Shown here piece by piece: positions 39,301 through 52,326 of a DNA stretch of 64,000 nt; positions within the stretch are counted from its first letter, which is position 1; each line of letters begins with the position of its first letter. The translations under genes and the position numbers were made by a program. The DNA is taken from NCBI RefSeq assembly GCF_018977255.1, contig NW_024704743.1:55120001-55184000 (forward strand). The letters run 5' to 3'. Under the pieces are notes generated by a model. That model saw nothing but the letters and a program-made list of their open reading frames with translations. It was not told the DNA's origin and did no database searches. Source of the stretch: Callorhinchus milii. Taxonomy: Eukaryota.

Positions 39301-39692
39301 AATAATAAACCTTACAATATAGGGTCTTTGATGTCAGGAAGATATCACAAAGTGCTTCACAGGATATACTGTAAAGTGCAGTGACTGTATTTTGTAGGCA
39401 AAAGCAAAAGCCAATTTGCACAAAGCAGTGTCCCACAAATAGTCATGAAGTGAATAACCAATTTTATTTGGGGGATTGTTGCCCAGGGCACCAGGAGAAA
39501 CTACCTTCTATTTTTGAAAGTTCCAAGGAATCTTTAACGTCCACTTGAACAGGAAGGTTGGAGCTTGGTTTAATGTTTCATCTAAAGCACAGTGCCTCTA
39601 ACAATGCAACACACACGCGCTCAAAGTCCTGATGTGGGGCTAAGCCCACAACCTTCTGATTCGGAGGCAAATGTGTCACCAATTGAGTCGAG
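39301..39692 (-). mobile_element. Older Deu-domain SINE
   Basis: Reverse-complement Deu domain (GGAATCTTTAACGTCCACTTGAAC...GGTTTAATGTTTCATCTAAAG) with a head and an L2-type tail. Confidence 0.78.
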
Positions 39693-40079
39693 GTGACTAA
39701 TCAAAACACAAACACAATTTTAAAAAATTCACAAACATAAAAAAAAGTTAGCCTTAAAAAGGGAAAATGTTTGAAAAGAGCTGGATTATTATTTCTGGAG
39801 CAGTAACCATCTCTCAGACAAAGTTAAATGGTTTCAACATAGACAAGGTCTGCAATGGAGATGCCCAGCCCTGTGGATTTCCCATGGGCCATGCACTGAA
39901 ATGCTCAACTACATTCTTTAAAGGTCATATCTTCAGGCATTTCTAGTCTAGGGAAGGGAAAACACGTCTCACCAGAAACAATTCCATTTTGGCAGAACAG
40001 CTCTTTTAACTCACCGTCAGCCAACAGTCAGACGACACTGACTAATTTGTTTTGGTGGAGGGATATTTTTTGCCCCCTA

Positions 40080-40310
40080 ATAATAATAATAATCCTTGCA
40101 TTTGATATAGCGCTTTTCACGTCGGGAGGATGTCCCAAAGCGCTTCACAGAACACACTGTAAAGTGAATTGACTGTATATTTGTGGGCGAACACGGCAGC
40201 CAATTGCGCACAGCAATGTCCCACAAACAGTCGTAGATTGAAAATGACCAATTATTTATTGTTTTTGGTTTTGGAGGGATTATTATTAGGCGTGTGGAGT
40301 AAGGAAACTT
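40080..40310 (-). mobile_element. Same SINE, short variant, 5'-truncated
   Basis: Near-identical reverse complement of about 16900-17129. Confidence 0.92.
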
Positions 40311-41009
40311 CCCCTCTCACTTTACTACAACTCAACTGACCTAGAAAAACATAGGAAAGCGGAACAGATTGGATTTCAATGGGTTTAAGCAGGCTGGCAA
40401 ATAAAATAAAAGGAACAAAGTGAAGTATATTGCAGACAACGGTTTAGCAGGACACTAAAACCAGACCTTTTTAATACAATATTGCACTTATTCATTTGCA
40501 ATACATTTACAGCTTCAACTTCTACACGTCTCTCTGCAATTCAGTGATGCTGTTCCCCTAATTTATTTTTAGGGACTTTTAAAGTCAGACTTTAAGCAAT
40601 TTTCCACTGTAAAATACCCAAATATTTTGTGAAATATCAATCAACAAAAAAAATTTCTCTGCAAAATTTAAATTCTGAGATTTTTGGGGGCTTTTGGCTT
40701 TGGCTTCTGAGGTGGGCACACAACGCAGCCCTGATAACTTGCACACAAACATTCCCTCATACATGACCTCTGGACACTGAGACAGTGCACAGATGGCCTC
40801 AGTGCAGGGTTAGAACATACGGAACATCCTTCAGGATGTGTTGGATGCCCAAATACATTGATTGATGCCAAAATCTCTCACATTTGTGGTTGGCAAATGA
40901 ATGTGAACTTGATAGAGCTGTTCAGAGTTTTGGTGTGCAACACACTGCACTGTTCTATCTTTACCATGACTAGAAAAAAGCATATCAATTGCATTTTATT
41001 TTACCATAC

Positions 41010-41505
41010 AGTACAATTTACATTTACCTTTTACGCAGGGGGACGTCCCAAACCACTCCCAGCTCGGGTGTTGACTGGGCACCCGAGCTGGGAGTGGGAG
41101 CTGAGAGGTGGGGAGAGAAAAGATGTCCAAAAGTATCTTTTCTCTGAGAGGTTTTGAGATGTACTTTGAAAGAAGTGAGGGAGGGAGCAAGTCGGCAGGC
41201 CTCCAGGGTGGAGTTCCAAAGAGCATGGGCAGAACATCTGAAAGCCCGCCTGCCAATAGTGGAACAGTTAGAGCTGGGGACATGAAGCAGGCCAGCACTC
41301 ACTCAGTGAAGTCAGTGTCCAAGTCGGTAGGGGTTAAGAAGGTCGCAGCAGAAGGGTGGGGAAAGACCATGGAGGGATTTAAAGGTGAGAACAAGGATCT
41401 TGAACTTGATAAGATGGAGAGATGGGGAGCTAAGCGAGGATCAGGATGGTATGCTAGTCGATCTTGCAACTCCCTAGGACACAGGCTGCAGAGTTCTGGA
41501 TTTTG
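41010..41505 (-). mobile_element. L2 LINE 3' fragment (degenerate)
   Basis: Translates as TIGRRAF...ALWNS...SLTSFKVHLKT on the minus strand, with an L2 tail. Confidence 0.8.
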
Positions 41506-44155
41506 CCATTAATCACTGAATTTGCCCACTGTCTTGGCATTCAATATTTCCCTCCCTCAATATTTTCCCATTTGACACAAATACTGACACAGGTTTTTAT
41601 TTTGTGTATAAACACTGACTTTGATAGTCCTTATCTATGTGTTGCCTTGCTTCTATGTTATCTTCGGCCCCAACAATGGATGCTCTTTCCATTCTCCCCG
41701 CAATCTGGTAAATCTTGTTTTTTCGTCCTTAATCTCCCTTTTTATTTTGCTGCTGATCCATTTCAGCGCATTTTTGCCGAATCTGTTTCTACTACACTTC
41801 AGGTATGTACTTGCCTTGCATGCTCCACATAATTAAAAAAAATACCCCTTTATATCCTGATTCTATTTATCCTCGACTTAGATCTGGTAGTCTATGTTAA
41901 GGTCATCCAATTAAGGCCAATACCCCTAAAGTTTCCCCATCTAAACTTGTAAATTAGGGTTTGTTTACGTGTTGCACCGTTTCAAAAGTCAGATTGAATG
42001 TTATCAGGCTCTGGTCACTAATATGCAGCAGTTCAGTTGCTTCTATTTTTTGAATAACAGTTCAAGTCATTCATATGAACCAAATCTAAGAAAGAGATTC
42101 CCTTGTGGGCTCCCTGACACACTGAGTCAGGAAGCAGTCATGCACTCGATTGAGAAGCTCGGATTCTTTTCCCTTTGTTTATTCCCAATTTATGTTGCAC
42201 TGTTTGAAGACCTACTATTAGTACCACCTTCTCTTCTCATTCATGCTTCTAATATGAATCATAAAGTGATCGGTTGTTCTATTTTGGCCCATCATCCACA
42301 ACAAAACCTAAATAGCCCTTTAATAGCCATGTTTTTTTCCTGTGATGCCTGTTTAACTTCCCTGATGCCCATAATAAAAGGCACTCTTCACCTTTCTTAG
42401 CAGCCTTCCCCTTTCTCTCTCAGAATCGATTTTAAATGATTCTAATTGACACATTTTAGACAGGATTTAAAGACAAATAGAGAGTCGTCGAGAAGGGAAG
42501 GGTAGAGGGAGCCAGTTCCAGAGGTTACGAGTGGGGTTGCTAAAAGAGCATAAGAGCATTTCCTTTCTGAGGAGCAGACTGTTTCACTGCTACTGTTAAC
42601 ACAAGTTAAAGAATTAACTGATCAAAAAAGAAGGAAATAGGATTAAACAGAAAATGTGACAAGCATATTTCAAATCCTAGTTGAAAGGAGCTTTCATTTT
42701 TTTAAATAACACTTAACCAGTGATAGTGAAAATTCCGGACTTAAAACCAGCAAAAGTATTTTCAAGCTTCCATTATTTTTATGTGATGGATTTTTTTTCT
42801 CCACCCATTTTTTCTTTAAATCAGTCATTTTGCCAGTTACTCTTTTAATTTCTCTTTGCTTTCACAATTTTTTTCACAAGCCCCAAGCAATTCATTTTAG
42901 CATGGAAAAAAATTCACATAAAGATCCCCAAAACACAAATAAAGCAAAGTGAAAGTAGAGTAATGACCTGGTTATGAGCAGAAATACATTCCATCTTTGT
43001 GCACAAGTCACTTTATTAAAAGATGCATGTCACCCCACTTATGAGCCATCAACTTCTGACAATGACAATCTGTCTTTTGTTTCCAAACAACATGAACGGC
43101 TTAGAAAGGTAGGTCAAAGTCATCACATCATTGCTAATATCTGTCAATCTGTAGAAGGTTCACAGTTCTGGTATTTGTATATACATCATTATCATTTTAC
43201 TTCCTTCTACAGCAATTATCATCAAACATGGTTATGCTTATTTTGTTTGGCAAGGAATAGCTGTTTGCGGAACATTTCTGTGCGCAAATTGGCTGCCACG
43301 TTTGCCTGCAAATACCCAGTGATTACACTTTAAAGAAAAAGTGCTTTGAGATGCTTCAATGTTACAAGCGCTATACCAGTGGCATGAGGGAGAAAGGAAT
43401 GGAGGGGGATAGGGAGAGGAGATTAGGAAGACTGATTAGGAAGGAGGGAGTTAAGTTGAGTATGTGCTCGTGACATGGACTACTTGGTATGAATGGCCTG
43501 TTTCAGTGCTGTACTCTCTATGTAATTCTAGTTAGACTCCAGCAGTACCCCAAAGCACACTCTCGCTCAAATCCTACCATTGAATTATCAAAGTATCCGT
43601 TTTTTCTGCTGTTCTCATGAATAGATAGAAAATAAAGACTATAAAAAATTCATAACCATGAAACCCTTTACAGTATCAGCAACAACTTCCATTTATATAG
43701 CGTACCTCACGCAAGATGCTTGTATTATGGGATGTCCTCCCAACAAGAAAGGCACTGTATAAATGTAAATTTGCATTACTGTATAATATCACAAGAGGGA
43801 TTCACATAATAAAGGCCTTTTGGACCATTTGATATCATGCTTCCAGAATACGCACCCCATTGTCATCCCATCCCATCATCAAGCTATTTTTTAAAAAATT
43901 AATCCAGTATGATGGCCTTAATTACCTTTACTGGTAACTTGTTCCAGTTCCAACTCTCTGGGTAAAGAATTACTTCCTGCTGTCTGTCCTGAAATGGCCT
44001 TTTGCAACTCTAAACCTGTGCCCTCTTGTTGTGTTCTCTCAATGCATTTGATAGTATTGTTCTAGGTTTACTTTCTAAATCAGTTCAAATTCCTTCCATC
44101 CCCCAAGTAAAGCCAGTCACAAATCTAACAGGGTAATAATAAATGACAAGTAAAC

Positions 44156-44405
44156 ACCAGCCTATGTTATAAAATCAAAATCTAACAAAAGGTGGAGTGG
44201 AAACATTGGCTAGTATGGCAATATTTCAAAGCTTTTTATTTACCTGCAACAAGGTAATATTTTTTCAAAAATGTCCTGCTCCTATTACACTTCTTTCAAA
44301 TGGGTGCATCAATGTAGCCTGTGTATTTGTATGTATGTGTGTATTTAACTCATAGAAAGCCACTCTAGCTTTTGTTAAGGTTTTGATTTTATAACATAGG
44401 CTGGT
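44156..44405. repeat. 250-bp segment with ~45-bp terminal inverted repeats (MITE-like)
   Basis: ACCAGCCTATGTTATAAAATCAAAA at the left is the exact reverse complement of TTTTGATTTTATAACATAGGCTGGT at the right, with imperfect pairing for a further ~20 bp. Confidence 0.75.
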
Positions 44406-46183
44406 TCTGTGTATACCAATATTTTTGAAAACTTAAATATTCCAGAGGATGCCAATGTGTTTCTTAGCTCACAGATCAATCAATCACACTCTCTTTAAAA
44501 GGCAAAGATGTGTTGAAAAAAAAGTATTCAATGGGAAAGTGGCAAAATAAACAGCGTCTCATGCTGGAATAAGTGCTTGAGTACATTTAGTGACCAGAGA
44601 AGATCTCAAGAGCAGTGACAAGTTCTCACAAGTCAGCATGAAATTTATGGAGTTCCTCCAGAGAACTTTATACCCCAAGGCTTTCTTCTTTCTAATGTCA
44701 AGCACTAATCATTTGCAATCATTTTCCCCCATGAGCATTTCTTCAAGCCCATAGTTAAAAGTGCCGAAGACCTCTAATGGATCTGCCAGGAAATTTGGAA
44801 TTATAAACAGCTTCAAAAAGCAAATCCCAAAAAACTTTGCCGCAATCTGGAAAAGTCATTTAAATTTGATAAAGTAAAAGTACCACATATCTATTTTTAT
44901 ATCTCTGCTTGTACTCTTTTTTTAAAGTCACAATGAAGCATGTCCATTTTCACAGGAAACAGCTGCAAATAATGGCAGGACAGGAGAAAAACCCTGCTTT
45001 TTAAATAAATAATAATAGAGATATAATTTTGACCCAATTTTTGATCCCATTTTGTAGCCTCAATTGTGCCTTCAGACAAGGCGTTTTCACAGCCAACATT
45101 AATCTGCAGCAACTTCCAGAATGAAGTACTGTAAATCTCTTCCCATTTTCTCCATGCATCCCGAATAGGTGCCTAACTAGTAATGTTACAAATTTAAGTA
45201 TTAATATTATTATTATCAGAACAAGCCACAAACCAGCTAAACTTAGACTGATATAATTGTACACCACATAAAATAATAAATTGGTCACTCATTCCACAAC
45301 TGTTTGTGGGACACTGCTGTGTGCAACTGGCTGCCCACAATTCACTCACAAAATGCAGTCAATTCACTTTACAGTATATTCTGTGAAGCGCTTTGCAACA
45401 TCACAAAGACGTGATAAGGCGCTATATCAAATGCAAGGATTATTATTATTATTATTATAAACAGCCCATTTAGCCCAGTTAGTCTTTGCTGGTGTTTTTT
45501 TCCACAATGAAGTAACTAGTCTAATCCCACTCTGCTACTCACTCCCCATTTAATGTTCAGTTTTTCAAGCACAAATCTAATTCCTCTTTATAATTATTAA
45601 AGAACTTTGCTTCAACAATGGTTTTGGGGGAAATATCTAGGAGTATATTCCAACATTTCACTCTCGAGTTGACACTCATACCAGAAGACACTCCATATCA
45701 TTCCTGTCATCAAATCTATTTATGTTTACAATAAACAAACTTTTCATCAATATTGTTTGATAATTAGTTTGTCCTCTCTTAAAACTCAGCCTATTCATGC
45801 ATTATATATAACAATTTCAAAAGTCCTATTTTGCTTAATAAGCACTTAAATAGGTTCAGAAAAAATAAGTCCCATTTATATGATTTGCTTGCAAGGGGTC
45901 AAAGAAAACCTTTTTTTGTGTAAAACATATGCAAATCAAATTTTGATGCTCTGTAAGATTCTGAAAGGAGTAAAGCACCTGTATTCATAAAAAGATAAAT
46001 CTATTTGCACAGCAAGAACAAGGTTTCCCTTTCTGGCTAGCAAAATGTAAGATCATATGATAACAGTTAAATTTCATTTTCCTCAGGAATCACACTCCAC
46101 CATTTTCATATCCTGTTATTCACAAGAGTATTTTCCTTTTGGCTAATAGCATGAATACATTTTTTCATTTCATTGGCACTTAC

Positions 46184-46371
46184 CATTGAAGAAACTTTTA
46201 GCTCTCAGATAGCTGACACTGAGGCGAAGGACAGAAAGTTTGTCCAATTTGGCTACAACATCCTGTGGGAAAGGCAGCAGACTGGCGAGGCGTTCCAGCT
46301 CAGCATTCAATCGATCCCGATGCCTTTTTGATGGATTGGACTTTGCTCCTTCTGTGACTAGGCCTTTTCCA
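46184..46371 (-). CDS. AHR: Aryl hydrocarbon receptor, exon 2 (bHLH domain)
   Basis: Acceptor TTTTACTTTTAAG|T and donor G|GTAAGT bound a 188-nt exon. Spliced to exon 1 (AG+T = Ser) it reads [63 protein letters not shown], the AHR bHLH. RAKSFF is AHR1-like; AHR2 and AHRR typically have RVKSFF. Confidence 0.97.
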
Positions 46372-46699
46372 CTTAAAAGTAAAAAATAAAAGTTTCAGTA
46401 CAATTCTGAATTTGTACGTTGGTTCATTTAATCGCAACATAAAAATATAAGAAATGCCACTAAAAATAATAAAATAATATTGCATTTGACACAGCAACTT
46501 TTACGTGGGGAGAATGCCTGAAAGAGCTGCACAGTATTCACTATCCTGTGTAGTAACTGTGTATTTTGTAGGTGAATATACTTAACTCATTCAAACCCTG
46601 AATTAACTTTTAGTGAAAGGAGTTTCTCCCGTTGTCCTGACCAACAATTAAAATGGGTTATAAAACAAGTACAAATCAACCTGCGATAAAACAAGTACT

Positions 46700-47400
46700 A
46701 ATAGATTACAATATCGGATGAGATGAAGAAGGCCCTTTGGCCCATTGATCTCATCCTTGCACAATACCCACCCTACTGTCATCCCAGCACAACATGAAGC
46801 CGTTTTTTAAAATGATTCCAGCATCCTGGCGTCTGCTTCCTTCCCTTCAGCCCATTCTGAATCCAAGTCACTTGTCCTTGGTACCAAGTGACCTGTTTGT
46901 AAAGGTGGTTTTCACATTTCAAATATTAAATACCCTTTGGAAGTCTAAATTTATTAAGTCGAATGGCTTCCCACAGGGTTATAACCTCATCAAAACAATC
47001 TATGCTGTTTGGCAGAAAAGACCTACTCCGTTTGAACTTATGTTAGATAAATATTAGATTATTTTATACAAGTAATCTTCCAATTGCTTTGGGACAATTG
47101 ATTCTATTTTCCAATTAGTGAGTTCAGGCTAATGTGTCTATACTTGCCGGGTGACCTTTCTAGAATATGGGAACAACATTTGTTTGCTTCCTGCGTTGTT
47201 GGAACTTCACCAGCAATGATTGATTCCCTCATGATGTCTGCCTACTGCCTCTTGTCCTTAATTACCCTGAGGTACAAATCATCTGTCCCAGGTGATTTGT
47301 TTTACTCCTTGAGCTTATCTAGATCTGCAGATTCACTTATGATTTGAGTCTTGGAGCTCAAACAATACTGTGAACAATCGGTCTAATTCTTTCCAACAGC
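46700..47400 (-). mobile_element. CR1-like LINE fragments (degenerate)
   Basis: On the minus strand: KSPGTDDLYLRVIK, YRHISLNS and FDLINLDFQRVF, resembling CR1 ORF2, plus a 3'-end-like AAGGCCCTTTGGCCCAT. Confidence 0.6.
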
Positions 47401-47699
47401 TCGAGATATATTTTTGCTGTGAAGCACATTTTGCTTGGTTCATTAACTGATGCTTACACTTTTAATCAGGAAGTATAAACTCTCCATTTCTGCCTCTAGT
47501 TCCCCTGCGTCAATGGCCTAGCAACATCTTCCGTGTATGAGTGCAGCATGTCAAACCACAACGCTGCACTACTGCACTGAATTATTTCAACATCAACTTA
47601 CAGTGTGGGACCTATCACTGTAAAATACTGAGGTTCCAGCAGGTCCTCAACTTAAAAAAGGCCATTGTTGGCCCAAAATGGAAGGGAATACCTAACAAT

Positions 47700-48290
47700 A
47701 TTAGCTCTATTAGCACCTTTCATGTACAGAACCCGTCTCAAAGCACTTTACAAAGACTTAATGGGAGCCCGAGCTGGGAGCGGGAAAGTGACTGAAGGCA
47801 CAGTCAAAGAAGTAGTTGTTTTTTACATGGGTTTTGAAAGCAGAAAGGGAAGTGGCGAGGTCGTAGGATTTTGAAAGAGTTGCAGAGGGTGGGGACAAAC
47901 AGGCTGACAGCTGGTGGAGAAGAACGGGAAGAGCAGGAAGCAGGCAGAGTTGGCAGAGTGAGGTGAGTGGCAAGGGTGTAGGGTCACTGGATGTCACATA
48001 GATTGGGTGGTGTAAGGTTGTGAAGGCTTTAAAGTTAAGGACGAAGATATTAATGTTCTGTTGGGGGAGAAGGAGCTAGCGGAGCTGGGTGAGGATTGGT
48101 TCTTGGTATCTAGCACAGCAGAGGATACAGGCTGCAGAATTTTAAATGGTCTGGAGTTTGCGGAGGATAATGAACATTGGGGAGGCTAGGAAGCAGGGCA
48201 TTGAAAAACGTAAGTCTGGAAGTGACAAAGGAGTGGATAAGGATTTTGTCTGCGTTGGGAGTGAGGTGGTGGTGGCAGAGTCAGGTGATG
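47700..48290 (-). mobile_element. L2 LINE 3' fragment (degenerate)
   Basis: SLSAFKTHVK on the minus strand, GGCTGCAGAATTTTAAATGGTCTGGAGTTTG (LQ..QNSAA) and an L2 tail. Confidence 0.78.
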
Positions 48291-48974
48291 TCCTTCAAGT
48301 ACTATTGTAATAATTTAAAAAGTTTAGTATTGGGTCAGCCTGGCTCAGTCGGTAACACTCTTTCATCTGAGCTACAAGGTTGTGGGTTTAAGCCTTACAA
48401 ATACAGTCACTACACTTTACAGTATATCTTGTAAATTGTTTTAAGATATCCTCCTGACCTGAAAGGTGTTACATAAGTAAGGATTAGTATTAATATTATT
48501 GTAATCTACATGAGAGTATCTTGTACAGCCACTTATTGTTTCCCTTTCAGAACTTAAGTAAATATTCAGGTTTGGCTTAAAAAATAAAAGTTTCCAATTG
48601 AAAGTAATAACTTGTAATAACACAATGTGAATAATGAATTCACAATGCGAATTCTAAATGATTGAAACCACAATTTCATGAAATCGTTTCAAAGTCTAAG
48701 TGAGTCATGAAGTAAAGATCATGGCAAATAAGTATCATCTCTAGCTGGTGGGGCAACTGTCATGTAATCTCTTAATTCTTTGTAAAAGAAACACATATAC
48801 GTACAAACCACAATGGCACGTGCAGTTTGAGAGTGTGGAAAGTTCTGCAAACATGACTGGATTCACAAAGCAGAGGCAGAAATCAGATTTAGATTTGGTC
48901 AATCTCAGGAAACAGGTTCATCCTCTAATACATGTTAAGGAGAGGGGGTTTCTGTTTTCTTCAGAAAAGGTTTC

Positions 48975-49345
48975 AGCCTGGCAACCCAGTTGGCAACACT
49001 CTCACCATCTGAGGCAGAAGGCTATGAGTTTAAGCCCCATGTCAAGACGTTGAGCTCACAGTCCAGGCTGATGCTCCAATACAATGCTGGAGGAGTGCTG
49101 CATTGTCAGAGGTGCTGTCCTTCAGATGAAACGCTAAGCCAATGTCTGCATTTTTAGGTAAACATGAAGGATCCCATGACACTATTAGAAGAAAAAGGGA
49201 GTTTCTCCAGGCCAATAATTCCCCAGATAAAAAAAAATTGATTATTTACTTCATGAATGTCTGTGGGACATAGCTGTGCTTAAATTGGCTGCCAGGTTTG
49301 CTTACAGTAACTAAAAACCTGAAGTGCTTTGAATCATTTCACTAC
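48975..49345 (+). mobile_element. Older Deu-domain SINE (SacSINE1/EshSINE-like)
   Basis: Degenerate tRNA-like head, then GTCAGAGGTGCTGTCCTTCAGATGAAACG...AAGGATCCCATGACACTATT...GGAGTTTCTCC, matching the recalled Deu-domain consensus. Confidence 0.78.
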
Positions 49346-49994
49346 ATCAAAGGCAGTGTATTACTACATACAATTGTGAAGGGCCATTTCACTTGGCTTT
49401 TACAAACCATTAATTGAAAATAAATAGGATTTCAGTGTTATTATTTTAATTTGACACAGTACTATTTCATGCTGAAATGTTTCAGTGTTTCACAAAACAA
49501 AGTGTTATTTCAAAATGCAGTACTTGTCAGCTAATAATGTATTGAAACAGCAACAAAATAAATTTAATCTGATTGTTAGTGAATTTAGATGAGGGGGAAG
49601 AACATTGGCCAGGACCCCAGAAGAACTCCCCACTCTTTTTCAGCATTAGTGCTATGGGCTCTTTGATAACCATGTGAATCACCAGAACGAGTTCAAACCC
49701 AGTTCAATTACTAAGCATGGGGGCGTTTAATGTGCAGTTATACCACAGGCACTGCTTCAAACCTATGGAAATTTCACGCAGGCTGCATTTTAACCTCCGC
49801 CAATTCCACAAAATGCTCTCCTTAACCGCAGTGCATCACTGCACATGTGGTTACTCTTTCAGCCACCACCACCCAAATTCCAATTTTATAAAAAAAATCA
49901 CAACGTTAGCAAAGACACGGTTACCTGATTATCAGCTGTTCATTAACATTAAACAAATTAAAGGCAGCTCCACTGACAACTCAATAGCTGAACA

Positions 49995-50365
49995 ATAGTA
50001 ATAATCCTTGCATTTGATATAATGCCTTATCACGTCTTTCAGACATTTCGATGAGCTTCATAGGATATACTGTAAAGTGTAGCGACTGTGTATTTTGTGG
50101 GCGAAACATGGCAGCCAATTGCACACAGCAGTGTCACACAAACAATCGTGGACTGAGTGACCAAATTATTACTTTTTGTTGAAGCGATTATTACCCCCGG
50201 AAATCGATCCGCCAATCGGCTAACAACCGGGTTCCTACTTCCTAGGTAAACAGAGGTGTGTGTGGAATAAGAAAACTTGCCTAAGGTTTCGCCCTGTCCC
50301 AGGAAGACAACCCTGGTCCTCTTGCTTGCGAGGCGAGTGCTCTAACCAATACGTTACAGGACTCC
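49995..50365 (-). mobile_element. tRNA-derived SINE, long variant
   Basis: Reverse complement of the family, ending ACAGGACTCC. Confidence 0.9.
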
Positions 50366-52006
50366 TTTGTCTGGACTCCAGGTCTATAGGACTCCAGGTC
50401 TGATCCTTAGTCTATACTGATGTTGCCCCTAGTCTTAGCACGAGCAACATCAGGAAGGAAAAAATAATCTGTGTTGCCACATCTGACTGCTACCCAGTGA
50501 CTGCCTGTAGGAGGTTGTGTGTGTGGATGTCGAGTGAGGATAAGATTGGGCTCAGCTGCAGAAAGGCAGGCATTTTAATGTAACACATGCGCAAACATAA
50601 CCAAGAGAGGCTATTAAGAATAAAACTGGGTAGTTGCAGTTTTGTTTATCCACGTTTGCCAGTTTTTTTGTTCAATTTAGTGTCTCCAATTTCTTTTCTG
50701 AATTTCTTCCCACTGGCACACGCCTCTATCACGCCACCATTCCCAGTCTGGCTTCCTCTTGCTGGGAGGCAGTTCCACAGGCCTCTCCTGTAGCTCGCCC
50801 AAGTGGCCATTGTTCAGGTCTGAGCCTTGGCAATGAGTGTTGGTAAGCCACTCAATGTAGAATGTGTCACAGCCGATTTTGACCTCTTTACCCGGCTGCC
50901 CATACCTGCGCAACCATTAGAGGGACACAAAGCAGGAACCCTGACTGTTTATTTCCTCCTCACAAAACTTGGGAAAGCTGGGACAAATTTAGCCTTCACA
51001 TGCATCGTGGGACCAGAAAGCCCATCACAGACCAGGATTGGAATCAGCAAGCTCCTTGTCCTTGCAGGTCTCTCCACTACACCATTGACACACACTGATC
51101 CATGTTTCACATCTTCATGTTAAAAACAGACCAATAGGGTCATCTAGGTTCTTAACAACAAATTCTGTATCTAACTGATCGCCATCAAAAGTTAAAATCA
51201 GTGAACATTTTTTCTTCCTTTTTCTCAGACTTTAATTTAGGCCTAAAGTAAAATGATTCATTCACATGTACAAGCTGCAGTGATCAACAATGCATATAGC
51301 AGCAGAGAGTTAGAAGAAGCACATTTCAGGTCTGATCTAGGATTAAATCCAGTGCAGACTGACGGGCTGGAAGCTGCCCCTTGGATACATTTCAGTTTCT
51401 TAATGAAATTAATTTTAAGTCTGAACAATTCAGCCTTGTGGGTGCAAATCCACAGCACAATAATTTGGCTTTGGCACAAACCTAGCAGTCTCATTCACAA
51501 TTGGCCACAGAGATGGCTAGTGTGCAAATTGTAATTATTACCTTCATACCTTAGGGGATTCTCTTTGGCACCGGCATTGAGACAATGTTATTTGGGAGGG
51601 ACAGTATAAGGAAACTATATCCTACAGCAAACTTGTGCTAACTGAAACCTGGGAGTATTTAATTCCAGACATTGGGTGCAAATCGCAGTAAACTCATTAT
51701 ATATGTGTTCTAGGTTAAACGCATTTGAGGACAAAATTTAAAGAGATACAGTGCCATGGTACAGATTTAGGTGTCTTGGTGATTTGATACTTCAAACATT
51801 TATGATATTTGTATTTAGTATTGCATTGTCAAAACATCTCAAATCGCTTCATATGATTTTTTTGTAAAGTTTAGTGGCCTGGTATTTGTAGATGAATACA
51901 GCAACCAATTTTATGTAGATTAATGATCAATAAACTATCGTGAAATAAATAATCAATTTTATTTAGCCACTGGGAGAAATTCTCTTCTCTTTTTGAATAA
52001 TGCCAT

Positions 52007-52326
52007 GGAGTGCTGTAGCTCAGTGGTTAGAGCACTCACCTCGCAAGCGAGAGACCTGGGTTCGATTCCCAGCAGGACAAAATCCTGGGTAAGTTTCCTT
52101 ACTCCACATGCCTGATAATAATCCCTCAAGAAAAACAAACGCTAATAAAAATTGGTCACTTCAATCCACGACTGCTTGTGGGACACTGCTGTGCGCAATT
52201 GGCTGCTGATTTTCCCACAAATATACAGACAATGCACTTTACAGTCTATTCTGTGAAGCACTTTGAGATGTCTAGAAGATGTGAAAAGCGCTATATCAAA
52301 TGCAAGGATTATTATATTATTATTAT
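52007..52326 (+). mobile_element. tRNA-derived SINE, short variant, full length
   Basis: TAGCTCAGTGG A box and GGTTCGATTCC B box, with the same body and tail as 16817-17129. Confidence 0.92.

Larger units (their letters stand above)
1..46183 (-). other. AHR: Probable AHR intron 2 (runs off the window)
   Basis: Begins with a GTAAGT donor at 46183. By eye I found no exon ending EGE-x-LLQ|GT and no exon encoding ALNGF...YLGF downstream. Confidence 0.6.

Noticed and set aside
44240..44280. Candidate AHR exon 3 end (..ITLLQ|GT); similar candidates at about 12190 and 32380
   Set aside because: In-frame stops immediately upstream, or no similarity to the EGE-x-LLQ motif.
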